A program made the translations under genes and the position numbers. The notes under the pieces are model-generated. The model worked only from the letters and a program-made list of their open reading frames with translations, did not search any database and was not told where the DNA came from. From NCBI RefSeq assembly GCF_006345805.1, contig NW_021834993.1:1-53573 (forward strand): DNA of 53,573 bases, read 5' to 3'. Numbering within the stretch: the stretch's first letter is position 1; each line of letters opens with the position of its first letter. Of the stretch, positions 25,200-45,462 are shown one piece after another. Origin of the DNA: Octopus sinensis (Eukaryota).

Positions 25200-25480
25200 T
25201 TGTAAGACAAAAGTACCAACAAGATGAGAGCAGTTGACGACCTAAGTAATTATTTCGGCGCCCAGAGAAATGAAAATAGTTAATTGCTTCGACGTTTCGA
25301 GTATTGAACTTCTTCAGAGTCGGATACAGAGTGGAATGAGAATAGAAAAGACGCAGATAAACTGAAGATAAACTAAAGATAAATAAATAATGTTACATAA
25401 AATTAAGAAATAATACTAAATAAATATAACGTACAATCCAGGAGAAAAAAAAAACCGATGTGGAACTGGTCTACACAACT
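25200..25480 (-). mobile_element. Penelope-type terminal remnant with decayed HHR motif; related copy at ~26980-27200
   Basis: Minus strand CUGAAGA..CUCGAAACGUC at 25288-25320; shared TGGTCTACACAAC and ATTAATTGC.TCGACGTTT segments. Confidence 0.45.
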
Positions 25481-25499
25481 ATATATATATATATATATG

Positions 25500-25550
<51 letters not shown>

Positions 25551-25594
25551 TACATAATGTATATGCAATATTGCATATATCTGTAATTATATAT

Positions 25595-25625
<31 letters not shown>

Positions 25626-25716
25626 CTATGTATATATATATAATACAGATATAATATGTATGTAGTATGTATGTATGTATGTATGTATGTGTAGTATGTA
25701 TGTACGTATGTGTGTA

Positions 25717-25748
<32 letters not shown>

Positions 25749-25881
25749 ACATGTAAACTTCCATTAATGCGGGTGTATGTATATTTCACTAAGCACTGAT
25801 GGTTTTGGTATGTTGTTGCTATTGTTTCAATGGTAGGTACACGAATATACATAGAAGGCGTGAATGTGTGTGAGTGTGTGT

Positions 25882-25918
<37 letters not shown>

Positions 25919-26141
25919 GTGCAAGTGTGTGCATAAAGTTTGAAAGGAAATGAGTTAATCATGAAATAAATGTCCTCTTGTTTTAAAGTTTCTTCCAGAA
26001 AATATTCGTTGCATAAAATTTTAAATCATTTAAAAAGTTCTGCTGTTATATCGGACACTAGAGAAAGGAGCGTGTACGTGTCTCCGCGTATGTATGTGCA
26101 TGTGTGTGCATATGCGTATGCGTGCGTGTGTGTATGTGTGT

Positions 26142-26192
<51 letters not shown>

Positions 26193-26354
26193 AATTGCAA
26201 AGAATTTGTATGCGTTGGGGATTATTCAAACAACAACTTTGAACTTTTGAATAACTGAAATCCAGATGTCGCTCCAATTCATGCTCGCTAAACTTTGTAT
26301 ATTGAGCAATTTACTTTGCATTTATAAAAAAATTCTTCAACAGATTTCCACAAA

Positions 26355-26405
<51 letters not shown>

Positions 26406-26636
26406 ATATTATATATATATATATCTACATGCATGTATAGATATATTGAATGTATTTACATACATGACTGCATAGATACAGTATATATATTACATAAATT
26501 TACAACCTTTTGATTTGCTACCTATATACGATATATATATATATTATATATATATTATATATATATAAACTCACGCATGCATACAGACTCATATAAATAT
26601 ATATATTATAATATATATATATTATATATATATATA

Positions 26637-26756
26637 TCCAACCGTGATCACCGTGACCGACCAGGCTATCAGATGTTGCTACACATCGCTGGTCACAATG
26701 CGTTCGCATTGTTTTAACCTTAAATGACGCACCCCGCTGGCTAAGCGAGCAGGCCA

Positions 26757-26757
<1 letters not shown>
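26637..26757. mobile_element. Short interspersed repeat fragment in (TA)n
   Basis: GC-rich island CCGTGATCACCGTGACCGACCAGG...GCTAAGCGAGCAGGCC; SINE/LINE-tail-like, family not determined. Confidence 0.45.
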
Positions 26758-26789
<32 letters not shown>

Positions 26790-26912
26790 TAGATATATTT
26801 GTATATATATAAATAAAAACGATATATACATTTGCACACACATAGAAATTGTATCTGTATATGTGTGTATATTTAGTATTATGTATATATTTGTATGTAT
26901 GATGATGCAGTA

Positions 26913-26962
<50 letters not shown>

Positions 26963-27562
26963 ATATATATTATATACCGAAGGGTAAGGAATAAAAGCTA
27001 GAGAAGATAAGATCAGTTTACAATCAAAATAATTCTTTTGGCTTGCAGTGAAATAGAAACAATTAATTGCATCGACGTTTTGGATTTGGTTCTTCTTCAG
27101 ATAGGGAACAGAAGGGAATGAATACAGAAAGGATGGGACGAATTGGAAACAAAGAAACCCAGGCGACAAAAAATACAATGTGTGATTGGTCTACACAACC
27201 CTCCCCCACACAGAATAAACATCGATCCTAGCTGGCTGTACGACACACTACCTGTGTCTTTACATTTTCGAACGGGGAGCTCAACGCTCCCATCTAGCGC
27301 AAAGTAACAATTGTGGATTAGTGTCTGGGTTATTGGACAGGCATATTATGTTGGTAAATAGCATTTACTTTAAAGAACTGTTACTGAATATCTCCCCTTG
27401 AGAGATTTAGAAATAATAATAATAATAATTATTATTATTATACTAACAACAACAAACAACAACAATAATAATAATAAGAAAAAATAATAAATATGTATAT
27501 GTATATGTTATATATATAATATATATATATATATGTGTGTGTGTATATAGATATATATATAG

Positions 27563-27593
<31 letters not shown>

Positions 27594-27619
27594 ATATATA
27601 TATTACAATAAAAAAAACA

Positions 27620-27860
27620 TCGCCCTTTCAAGCTTAGCCAGGTTCATGGGCCTGGTTTCCTGGTTCTGTGCGTTATGTGTTCCCCTAGGTGGACGGGACG
27701 CCAGTCCATTGCAGCGTTACTCAAGAAACAGGAAGAGAGCGTGAGGGAAAGTTGTGGTGAAAGAGTACAACAGGGGTCATCACCACCCTGCCGGAGACAC
27801 GTGGAGCTTTTAGGTGTTTTCGCTCAATAAACACACACAACGCCCGGTCTGGGCTATTGG
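27620..27860 (-). mobile_element. SINE-like repeat (third family)
   Basis: GGACGGGACGCCAGTCCATTGCAG...GTGTTTTCGCTCAATAAACACACACAACGCCCGGTCTGGG; SINE-like composition, unclassified. Confidence 0.5.
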
Positions 27861-27884
27861 GCCTCCATATATATACATAATATA

Positions 27885-28025
27885 TTTCTTTACTACCCAC
27901 AAGGGGCTAAACATAGAGGGGACAAACAGGAACAGACAAAGGGATTAAGTCGATTACACCGACCCAGTGCGAAACTGGTACTTTATTTATCGACCCGAGA
28001 GGATGAAAGTCAAAGTCGACCTCTA
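27885..28025 (-). mobile_element. Family B SINE 3' part
   Basis: TTTCTTTACTACCCACAAGGGGCTAAAC...GGATGAAAGTCAAAGTCGACC. Confidence 0.8.
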
Positions 28026-28295
28026 TATTCTTGTATGTATATGAGTATAAATAACGATTACATATATGGAAGTATAACATCGATATGGATCATATAATAT
28101 TAATATTAATTCATATATGCTTAGGGAATGTAGAAGTGTGTGAATGCGCGCGTGCACGTACGTATGTGTCCGTGGACACAGGATCTGAAAGGAAGTGATA
28201 TATCTTCTACCAAGTCTCTTCTAGTTCAAAGATTTCTCCTCGAAATTACGTTAAATTCAATTTCACTCAAATCCTACTACTTTTGAATCGGACGT

Positions 28296-28349
<54 letters not shown>

Positions 28350-28529
28350 TGCGTGTAATTTGTGTATTTGTGAGTGTTAGTGTGTTTGGGTGTGAATCGG
28401 AACGTGTTTGAGACGTTTGGCATATTCATATGAAAGGTTTGAAAAAGCTTCGGGTGAAACCCCATATTTTATTGTAATGTATACAGGCTCTACTTTATGT
28501 ATTGAGCACTTTCCACTCGTAAAATATTA

Positions 28530-35400
<6,871 letters not shown>

Positions 35401-35559
35401 TACGTACAGACATATATACAGACATATTTAAATTCCTGATTGACAAAATCCATTCAAGAAAGCCTTAAAATCTCTGATTTCTCTTAAGATGTTATTTGAA
35501 ACAAAAACGAAAATTAAAAAAACAATCCAAAACAACAAAAAAAACGCGCTAAATTACTT

Positions 35560-36330
35560 TAAAATATATAAAAATTCGCCGTCGCTACGTCTGTCATTTT
35601 GTCATTTAAAGCAAGCAGAAACGAAGAACTTACCACCGGACAACCACTTTTTGATCGGGGGTTACGGTTGTGCTTTTTTTTTCTTTGGCGGGGGTAGAGC
35701 TAGCAGATCAAATAATTCTTCACGGGGAGAAAGCGGAGCTTAATAAATCGTAATTTTGGCCGATCGCTGTTTCTGAAAGCTTTCTGAGTATTATGTAACG
35801 AAAGGAATACTTACTGTGTGTCGCAGTAGTCCTCACACACAAATCTTGCATATGTGCATGTATGTGAATATATGTACGTTCTGTGTACGCGTTTGTGAAT
35901 GTGTTTGTGAGTTTATGTGTGAGAGAGTGTGTGTACATACGTACGTAGACACACTCATATGTGTGCACCACACAGAAGGTACGAATGAAAAGGTGAAGGG
36001 GACGGACTATTTCGGTGTTCCGCGACAGCATTTAACACTACGTAAATTGCTAAACACCTCGGCAAGGGACATTTTTGACGCAGGAACGAATCTGACAAGC
36101 GAAACAAGGGACTTTGTACAAATACAGGTAACCATATGTAAAGCGAGTATGAAGTAAGTCCGTTACCAACAGAAAGGTACTATTTCTCCTCGATGTGTAT
36201 ACGCTTACCATGGCGCTAGAAGTTCGGCCTGGGCGGCGCATATGGTAGACTTCCGCATTATGATAATGCTTAGTGTTTCCGGTTGAACCAATACGATCAC
36301 TTCTTACCGTTTCTTTAAAATTCACTTTTG
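35560..36330 (-). promoter_or_regulatory. CpG-rich promoter-like region with candidate first exon(s) on the minus strand
   Basis: CCAAT (36288-36292), ETS-like CCGGAAAC (36275-36282) and GCGGAAGT (36249-36256), GCGCCATG|GTAAGC at 36209-36211, further donors at 36307, 35814 and 35633. Confidence 0.5.
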
Positions 36331-36404
36331 TGAAAATAATTACAAAAAACAAACAAAAAAAAAAAACAAAACAAAAACCCAACTAAAAAAGCAAAAATTT
36401 TAAG

Positions 36405-37628
36405 ATGACTGCGATGACGATATCGATGATGGTGATGATAATGACGATGATGATGATGGTGATGATAATGATGATGATGAGTATGATGATGATGAGTATG
36501 ATGATGACGATGATGATGATAATGATGACAATGATGATGATGACGATGATGATGATAATGACGATGATAAGATTGATAATGATGATGAGGATGATGAAGA
36601 TAAGATTGATAATGATGATGATGTTGATGATGATGATGGTTGTGATGATGAAGATGATCATCATGAGGATGAAATGGAGACGGTGGAGTGGATGAGGGCT
36701 AGGATAACGCTGATGATGATATTGACGGCGGTGGTGATGATGGTAATGTTGGTATCTATGATGGCAATGGCAATGACGATGATGGCGACGACGACGACGA
36801 TGATGATGGTGTTAATGATGTTTTTTTATGACATTGCTAATGATGATGGTGATGACGATGGCGGCAATGACGATAATGGTGATGATGGTGATGATGATTC
36901 TAGTGATATGTTGCAAGCAGTTATTCCAACGACCCCAGAAGGGGAACAAAAGACTTCGCTCTTGTGGTGGGTTATTGAGTTGGGAGGAACTTACTCGCCC
37001 CCGCCCCACCACCTTCACTCCACTTCTCTCACTGATGCTCTACCAATTCTCCGAAACGTCGAGGACGACGGGGAACAATGGTACGAACATTAATGAAGAT
37101 GCTGCTGCTGATGGTGATGATGATGGCGACGACTATGAGGATGATGATGATGTTGATGATAGTGGTGATAGCGATAATGACGATAACGACGATGATGGAG
37201 ATAAGAACGACGATGAAAATGGCAATGGAAAAGACGACGATGACATCGACAACTATGACAACGGCGACGATGACAAGGACGACGATGACAACGACGATAA
37301 TGACAACGATGACAACGACAACTATGACAACGACGACGATGACAACGATGACAACGACGACGATGGCAACGGCAACGATGACAATGACGACGATGACAAC
37401 GACGACGATGACAACGACAACGATGACAACGACTACGATGACAACGGCGGCGATGACAACAATGACGAGGACAACGATGACAACGACTACGATGACAAGG
37501 ACGACGATGATAACGACGACGATGACAACGACAACTATGACAACGGCGACGATGACAACGACGACGATGACAACGACGACGATGACAACGATGACAACGT
37601 CTACGATGACGACGACGACAATGACAAC

Positions 37629-37675
<47 letters not shown>

Positions 37676-38860
37676 TGACGACGATGACAACGACGACGAT
37701 GACGACGATGAAAACGACGACGATGACAACGACGACGATGACAACGATGACAACGTCTACGATGACAACGACGACGAAGAAAACGACGACGTTGACAACG
37801 ATGACAACGACGACGATAACAACAACGACGATGACAACGATGACAACGACGACGATGACAAAGGCAACGATGACAACGATGACGAAGACAACGATAACGA
37901 TGACAACGATGACAACGACGACGATGAAAACGACGACGATGACAACGATGACAACGACGACGATGACAACGATGACAACGAGAACGATGAAAACGACGAT
38001 GATGACAACGATGACGATGACAACGACGACGATGACAACGATGACAACGACGACGATGACAACGACGACGATGACAACGACGACGATGAAAACGACGACG
38101 ATGACAACGATGACAACGGTGACCTTGACAACGATGAGAACGACGACGATGACAACGATGACAACGACGAGAACGACGACGATGACAACGATGACAACGA
38201 CGACGATGAAAAACGACGACGATGACAACGATGACGATGACAACGATGACAACGACGAGAACGACGACGATGACAACGATGACAACGACGACGATGACAA
38301 CGACGACGATGACAACGATGACGATGACAACGATGACGATGACAACGATGACGATGACAACGACGACGATGACAACGATGACAACGACGACGATAACAAC
38401 GACGACGATGACAACGATGACAACGACGACGATAACAACGATGACGATGACAACGACGACGATGACAACGACGACGATGACAACGGCGACGATGACAACG
38501 ATGACAACGACGACGATGACAACGACGACGATGACAACGATGATAACGACGACGATGACAACGATGACAACGACGACGATGACAACAACGACGATGACAA
38601 CGATGATAACGACGACGGTGACAACGATGACGATGACAACGACGACGATGACAACGGCAACGATGACAACGACGACGATGACAACGACGACGATGACAAC
38701 GATGACGATGACAACGACGACGATGACAACGGTGACGATGACAACGACGACGATGACAACGATGACAACGATGGCGATGGCAACGACGACGATGACAACG
38801 ACAACGATGACGATGACAAATAATAATAATATTAATGATGATGATGATGATGATGATAGT
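36405..38860. repeat. Complex trinucleotide array: (GAT)n, then ~1.7 kb of GACGACGATGACAAC / GATGACAAC units
   Basis: Direct reading; source of the 430-600 aa low-complexity ORFs. Confidence 0.95.
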
Positions 38861-38879
38861 TATAATAATACTAATAATA

Positions 38880-39085
38880 ATCCTTTCTACTAAAGGCACA
38901 AGGCTTGGAATTTGTGGGGAGGAAACTAGTCGATTAGATCGACCTGAGTGTTTCACTGGTGCTTTTTTCATCGACCCCGAAAGGATGAAAGGCAAAGTCG
39001 ACCTCGGCGGAATTTGAACTGAGAACGTAGCGACAGACGACACACCGCTTAGCATTTCGTCCGACGTGCTAACGAATGTGCCACC
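38880..39085 (-). mobile_element. Family B SINE
   Basis: CCTTTCTACTAAAGGCACAAGG...GGATGAAAGGCAAAGTCGACCTCGGCGGAATTTGAAC...GTGCTAACG. Confidence 0.85.
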
Positions 39086-39129
39086 GCGATGGTTTGCGAT
39101 TTAGTCAAAACCCCTCCAGTTATTTCGGC

Positions 39130-41270
39130 AGGAAGGAATTAATCTCTTTCTCACACGACAAAAAATCACCTCTGATGTGAAACCGCGATTTCCTTAAATC
39201 TAGCGTTCTATCACGTGATGCGAAGCTTCCCCCATCTTTTCCTCACGTGATGCCAAAGTTTACCGCAACCCTTTCGTATGTATGATTAAGAAATTCCTCA
39301 ATTCTTTTCCGCGTCGAACCAGGATTACCGCAATTCTTTCTCACGTGGTAAGATTGAGTAAACTCTTTCACATGTGATACCAAAGAGCCTTTCTTACATG
39401 AAACACGAAATGCCTTTCTTCTTGCTCACGTGTTACCAAATTTGCTCCAACCTTTTTTGACGTGGGAGCAGGGATTAATCTTATTCTGATTTGATAAAGT
39501 TTATTCCCACTTATAAATCAAATGGAGACTTATTTCCACTTGATATTCTCAACTCATTCCAGGTTCCTCTCAGCCCATTGCGAGGCGGTGAAAATGAGTG
39601 CTTTAACTCTTTCTGGAAGGAGGGCACCACTGAGGATTTCAGTAATTTATTATCACTTGACACCAAGGATTGCATGAAATCTTTCCCACATTATACCAAG
39701 GTTTTCTGAACTCATTCTCACGTGATTCTAGAACTACTTTAAACTATTCTCATGTAAAATCAAAATTGCTTCAACAAAAAGGATTATCTTAATTTTTTCT
39801 GACATGCTAACAGGATGGTCTTCAGTCTTTACTCCCTATCATCGTCTTATCATAGAATTGTCATAAATTGTTTCTTATGTAATAACAGTATTGTCTTAAG
39901 TTCCCTCCCAAGACCAAGTACAGTCTTAAACTGTTTCTTAATACACATTACGATTGTCTCAACCCTTTCTCACGTGGTGTAAAAGTTTCACTCAACGCCT
40001 CCCGTGACACAAAATATTGCCTCTACTCTTTCTCATGTAACACCAGGATTGTCCTAATTCTATCCACGTGACACCAAGATTACTTCAACCTTTTCTCAAC
40101 AAATATTAAAGATTATCATCCGATTCACTTACCATCTCAATACATATCTTAACTTTTTTCCCCCACGTCATACCAGAAATGTATCAACTGAGATTTTGAC
40201 GTGATTCCAGGATTGTTTTGGCTTTTTCTCTTATGATACCATTATTGTCCTAAATATTCACGTGAGGGCAATATTTTCTTGTCTCTTTCTCACGCAATAC
40301 CAGGTTTGTCCTACATCCTTAAGTGTTACTAGTATTATCGTAAAACTTACTCACGTAACATCAGCTCAGTTTGACCAAATACTAAAGTCTTTTTGACTAG
40401 ATGTCTTAACTATTTCTGAGATTTCTCTTAATTAATTCCAAGTATCTTAATTCTTTCTCACACGACTCCTGGATCGACAGAATCCTTTCTCACGTGATAC
40501 TAAAGATTCTTTTAATTCTCTTTGACATGGAATTAAGCCTTGTCTTCATTTCAGTCTAGCAGGAATACAAGAATTGTCGGAACTCGTTCTGACGCGATAC
40601 AAAGTAGTATTGTCTTAACTTCTCACCCGATGCAACAATGGTCTTGATTCATTCACACGTTATAAACAGAACTGTCTTACCTCAATCCGACGCAACACCA
40701 AGACTGTACGAACTCATTCAGACACCAAAATTGGATTGATTTAACTCTTTATGACAACATCAAAATCGCATTAACTGATCAATCACCAGTGGAGAAAGCA
40801 TCAAAATCACCCACGAAAATTGCTTGACAAGATATCGAAATTGTCTCAAGTGAAAAAAAGGAAATTTACCTGACAAAACAACAAAATTGCTATCAACTAG
40901 AAAAATGTTGTAATTTGCTCAAATGTCCAGGCACCAAAATTGATTCAATTGATAAAACACCAAAATTGCTTGGGAGAAACTATGATTGCTGAAACGACAC
41001 AAAAATTGCTTTCAACAGATGAAAGGCCATGGTTCGCCAAGCAACCAGACACCAATATTATCATTATTAACAAAACACCAAGATACCAAGATTGCCTGAG
41101 AAACATCAAAATTGCATTATAGACACCAAGACACAGAGACTGCTCGATAGACACCAAAATTACTTGTCGAAACATCAGATCTGCTTGAAAAGGCAGCACG
41201 ATTACTAACAAGACAACGAATTGCTTCAACTACTAACCCCCACCACAAAAAAAAAAAAGGATTGCTTCGA
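39130..41270. repeat. Degenerate tandem array, ~30-40-bp unit near CTTTCTCACGTGACACCAAGATTGTCTTAA
   Basis: Recurrent TTTCTCACGTG, ACACCAA/ATACCAG and GATTGTCTTAA motifs; nine exact CACGTG. Confidence 0.85.
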
Positions 41271-41717
41271 TTGGCAAAATATCGAGATTACCTCAGATGA
41301 CAAGTCCCTAGATTACCACAAGTAATTAACTAACAAGTTAACCGGAGTTCCGGTTTACATTTTAATGAATTTAATCGACAGTCGACGAGATTTGTCAGCC
41401 GACAGAGATTTCATTATGTACAACGAACGTATATTAAAAAAAAGAAAACCCTTTAATATAATAACCGTATAGCCATTACAGTAAGGTGTACGTATTAAAG
41501 AACATATGAATAAGAGTCAATAACGACAACAATAGCAACAACCACAATCATTCTACATGTGACCAGACAAGCGCGAATGGAATTGATCACAATATTGGAG
41601 ACGTACGAGATGTTCAGAGATCTACCAGTCCAATAGTGATAACATTCGTAGTAGTAGTAGTAGTAGTAGTAGTAACAGCAGCAATCGTTGCAACAAAAAT
41701 ATTAGGAAATACAGCAT

Positions 41718-41793
<76 letters not shown>

Positions 41794-41809
41794 ATAATAA
41801 TAATAATAA

Positions 41810-42050
41810 TGAGTCTCTGATTGAGGCTTTAGGCCAGCGAAGTTGAGGGGAGAGGATATATTGATACCATTGATCCTAGAACTTGTGTGGTACTTTATTC
41901 TACCGACCCCAGAAGGATTTAAGACAAATCCTTGAGGTCGGCTTCTCGGGGTTTGAACTCCGAATATAAAGAACGAAAAGAAATACCGCAAAGCATTTAT
42001 TCCGACGCTCCCACGATTTCGCGAACACGACGCCCCCAAATCAAAGAAAC
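41810..42050 (-). mobile_element. Decayed family B SINE
   Basis: CGACCCCAGAAGGAT...GGTCGGCTTCTCGGGGTTTGAACTC...GCGAACACGACGCC. Confidence 0.6.
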
Positions 42051-43419
42051 CTGTGAGAATACAAAGCGAATGAAAAGTCGTTTTGAACTAAATACCAGCG
42101 CCACACTGGTATTTATTTCATTGGCAGAAGAAGGCTGAAGAGCAAAATTGAGCGTCGGCGGGATTCGAAAGCAGAACTTAATAAGCTCGAATATGCTTCT
42201 TATCTTTCATCTTTTATTTGTTCCAGTCTTTAGATTGCGGCCATGCTGGGGCACCGTCTTCAAGAATATTTAGTCGAATGAATCAACTCAGAAATTATGT
42301 TTTTAAAGTCCGATACTATCTTGTATATTAAAGATAGTATTTTAAACAGACAATCCATTTAAGTTCAAAATTTTACCATGTTTAATGTCAGCAGTGTGAC
42401 GGCTCTTGAACTTAGTATGTTTATCTGCAGACAGTGTTTTTGAACAGCCAAAACTCTCACAAACAGGACTCGAATGTTCTAAATGAAAGCTATATTTAGC
42501 AATATAATTTCTGACATACAGACGGTGCGATTGTCATCATGACCTGTTTTGTCCAACGACTATTAATCAGGAAATTCACAACAACAACAAAACAACAAAG
42601 GTTACTTCACGCCAACGATTTGGCAAAAGAGCGTACCAGACTAAGTACCAGGGTTGATTTTCTCGACTGAACCCTTCAAGGCGCTACCCCAGCATGGCCG
42701 CAGTCCATTGACTGAAAAAATAAAAGAATAAAAGGCTAAATATATAGATTTGGAAATAGAGATGATCCGAATATGGGGCCTGGAACCAGAAACAATCCTT
42801 ATCAAGGTAGGTGCGTTAGAAATGATAAAAGAAATATGGACAAGCCTACAACCCTACTCCAAATCATATTATGAGTGCAGGATATTCATAAATAATACTA
42901 TCAATTACTACATATATATTGTTGCGAACGAACAAAAATTATATTCAGACAATTTCTCATTCGTACGACGCAAATTAGAACACCTCTCTCTGGTTTTGCA
43001 AGCGAAGACGAAAGAAGTTATTCTTTGTGATCACGTGACTGTTTAAAGCGTAGGCGGTATGATTTGGGCGCGTTTTAACGGTGTGGGAGAGGCATAAAGA
43101 CTGTTTGCCCACGTGCTGAAGGAGACGATGTGCGACGGGTGACGTGAAGGAAGTCGACGTGAACGGTGTTGTGTAGTTAGTCGGTGCCATGCGGTGGATG
43201 TGAGGCAGTCGATGGGAGCGATGGTGGACGGACAATTTCGTATGGAACAGTTGATACAGTATTTGGTGCAGAGTGTGAAGTTGGTTTCGGCAGTGAATGC
43301 GAACAGTGGACGGTTTTGAAATGACTGAGAAAATTATGGGAACCTGGCAAAGTAAAGAAGGCGGAATTGTACCGTGAATTCGGAAGGAGCAAGAACCCAG
43401 TCAAAAAAAGAAAAGGAGG

Positions 43420-43785
43420 GGATCTTTTCGGTTTGAACAGCAGTTTTTCCTAGCGGTGTCATATGAAATTGTCACCCATAATTATGACCCTAGTATCGAT
43501 CTATTGTATTTCAATCTGTTTTAGGGTTAGGAGTGGGTGGATGGGTATATTTTTTCCTTCAGAAATGTAAATAAACCCAATCTGTTTCTTAAACGAGGGA
43601 CATATTCATACAGCACAGAATGCTTTCACCTCAATAGACGTCATTGATTGGTTGAAATTGCAGAAATTGAAAAAAAAACCAACAAATATCTTACAAACTA
43701 TAGAATTTTCTCAATAAAGCCAAGAGAAAAAGATGTTTTATAAACACATTCTACCAGTATACTGCCGGTCAAACCGAAAAGATCC
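43420..43785. mobile_element. MITE with 17-bp perfect terminal inverted repeats
   Basis: GGATCTTTTCGGTTTGA (43420-43436) and TCAAACCGAAAAGATCC (43769-43785), extending imperfectly inward; no ORF. Confidence 0.8.
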
Positions 43786-44095
43786 AAAGGAGGTAAAAAA
43801 AAGTGATAGAAAATAAATCATTAGATTGGTGAATAAAAGAAGAGTTCACCAAAAGAAATCTACACATTTCAAAGGTAAATGAAAGAACTCTATAAAAACC
43901 CTCTAAAGAACTGTTTATTTATTCCATAGAATAAATAATTATTATTGTTTGTCCCTCGTAAAGATTACAATAACCGGCGTGCAAAACTCAAGAGTAACAG
44001 AAAGCTTCGTTGCTTGGAGGAACAACAATAACGAGAATAAGGTTTTCTTGTATTTTTCAATTTTAATTTTCTTTCAATGATTTCCCATTGATTTC

Positions 44096-44151
<56 letters not shown>

Positions 44152-44369
44152 TTATTTATTTAAATTTTTTTAATTTTAAAAATTTTATTATCATTTATTT
44201 ATTAGACATTCACTAGTACAACACCAAAAAACCCCAAATATATGGCACACTAGGCATAACAACAACGTGAACTTCCAACCTGGTATCTCTTGAAGTCTCT
44301 GGGTGAGACTTGGAGCCAACTTGTACAAATATAAAGCAAAAGTCAAACATAGAATAATAATAAAAAACC

Positions 44370-45055
44370 CATAATAATTTCCAGAAAAATATAGAAAATA
44401 AAAGAAAGGATTTGTTAATCCTTAATGAAATTAGTTGACAAACTCTGCTAAACCAGAAAGAAAGAAAAATACTATAGAAATACAAAAAAAAAAAAAAATA
44501 ACAAGGTATGTCCGAAGCAAAAGAATTGCTAAAGCAAGACATCCTCGCCGAATCACAAAGATTCCGTCGGAATGAGAAACGCCAACGATTCTTTGATAAA
44601 AAAAAGTTTCGATCCAAAATGATTTTACCAAGAACTTGGTAAGGATAAAATAGAGATCACTGCAGTACTAACAGCAGTAGAAGTAGAAGAATGGTGGGCG
44701 TGGAAACAACCCCAGAAAAGCTCTATTAAAGTAACAAACACAACAGCTGAATAACTCTGGACACTTATAACAACGGAAGAGGTCACCCAAGCACTGCAAA
44801 AGCTCAGCAACCGGAAAGCACTCGGGCTCTACAAGTCCTCAACTTCTGGCTAAAATATTTAACAAGGATACATAAGAGGCTGGGAGAGAAATTCAGTAGG
44901 ATGCTAACAGGGCCAGAGATAACATTGGAATATTCCAGTACAAAGAGAGGGAGAGAGGGAGAGAGAGAGGGGGGATTAAACCTAAAAACAGAAACAATCC
45001 CTATAATAATAGATGCATTAGGTATGGTTAAAAAACATACAGACAAATACATAAC
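44370..45055 (+). mobile_element. R4/Dong-type LINE copy E, internally deleted and decayed
   Basis: ITTEEVTQALQKLSNRKALG and NFWLKYL (RT N-terminal subdomains) joined to NLKTETIPIIIDALGMV (C-terminus). Confidence 0.7.
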
Positions 45056-45103
45056 TATTTGTAACTAAGTGTCACTTTGATGGCATGCACTGCTCTCTCA
45101 CTC

Positions 45104-45146
<43 letters not shown>

Positions 45147-45265
45147 TAATGGTACTAATAATGATAATTAATAATAATAATAATAATAATATAATAATAA
45201 TATATAATAATATAATAATAATAATAATAAATAATAATAATAATCATAATAATAATAATATAATT

Positions 45266-45311
<46 letters not shown>

Positions 45312-45349
45312 TAATAATAATAATAATATAATAATAATAATAATATAAT

Positions 45350-45389
<40 letters not shown>

Positions 45390-45462
45390 TAATTAATAAT
45401 AATAATAATATAATAATAATATAATGATAATAATAATAATAATATAATAATAATAATAATAA

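Noticed and set aside
35976-36127. Plus-strand open exon candidate (EGTNEKVKGTDYFGVPRQ...)
   Set aside because: Acceptor lacks a pyrimidine tract, it lies within the promoter-like island, and no homology is recognised.
37029-39055. 432-596 aa ORFs (poly-S, T/M, RCH)
   Set aside because: Alternative frames of the same trinucleotide array.
39130-41270. CRISPR-like repeat-spacer array
   Set aside because: Eukaryotic context, degenerate contiguous units, no constant repeat with unique spacers, no cas genes.
43510-43535. TTAGGG telomere-like motif
   Set aside because: Only about two units, internal to the MITE.
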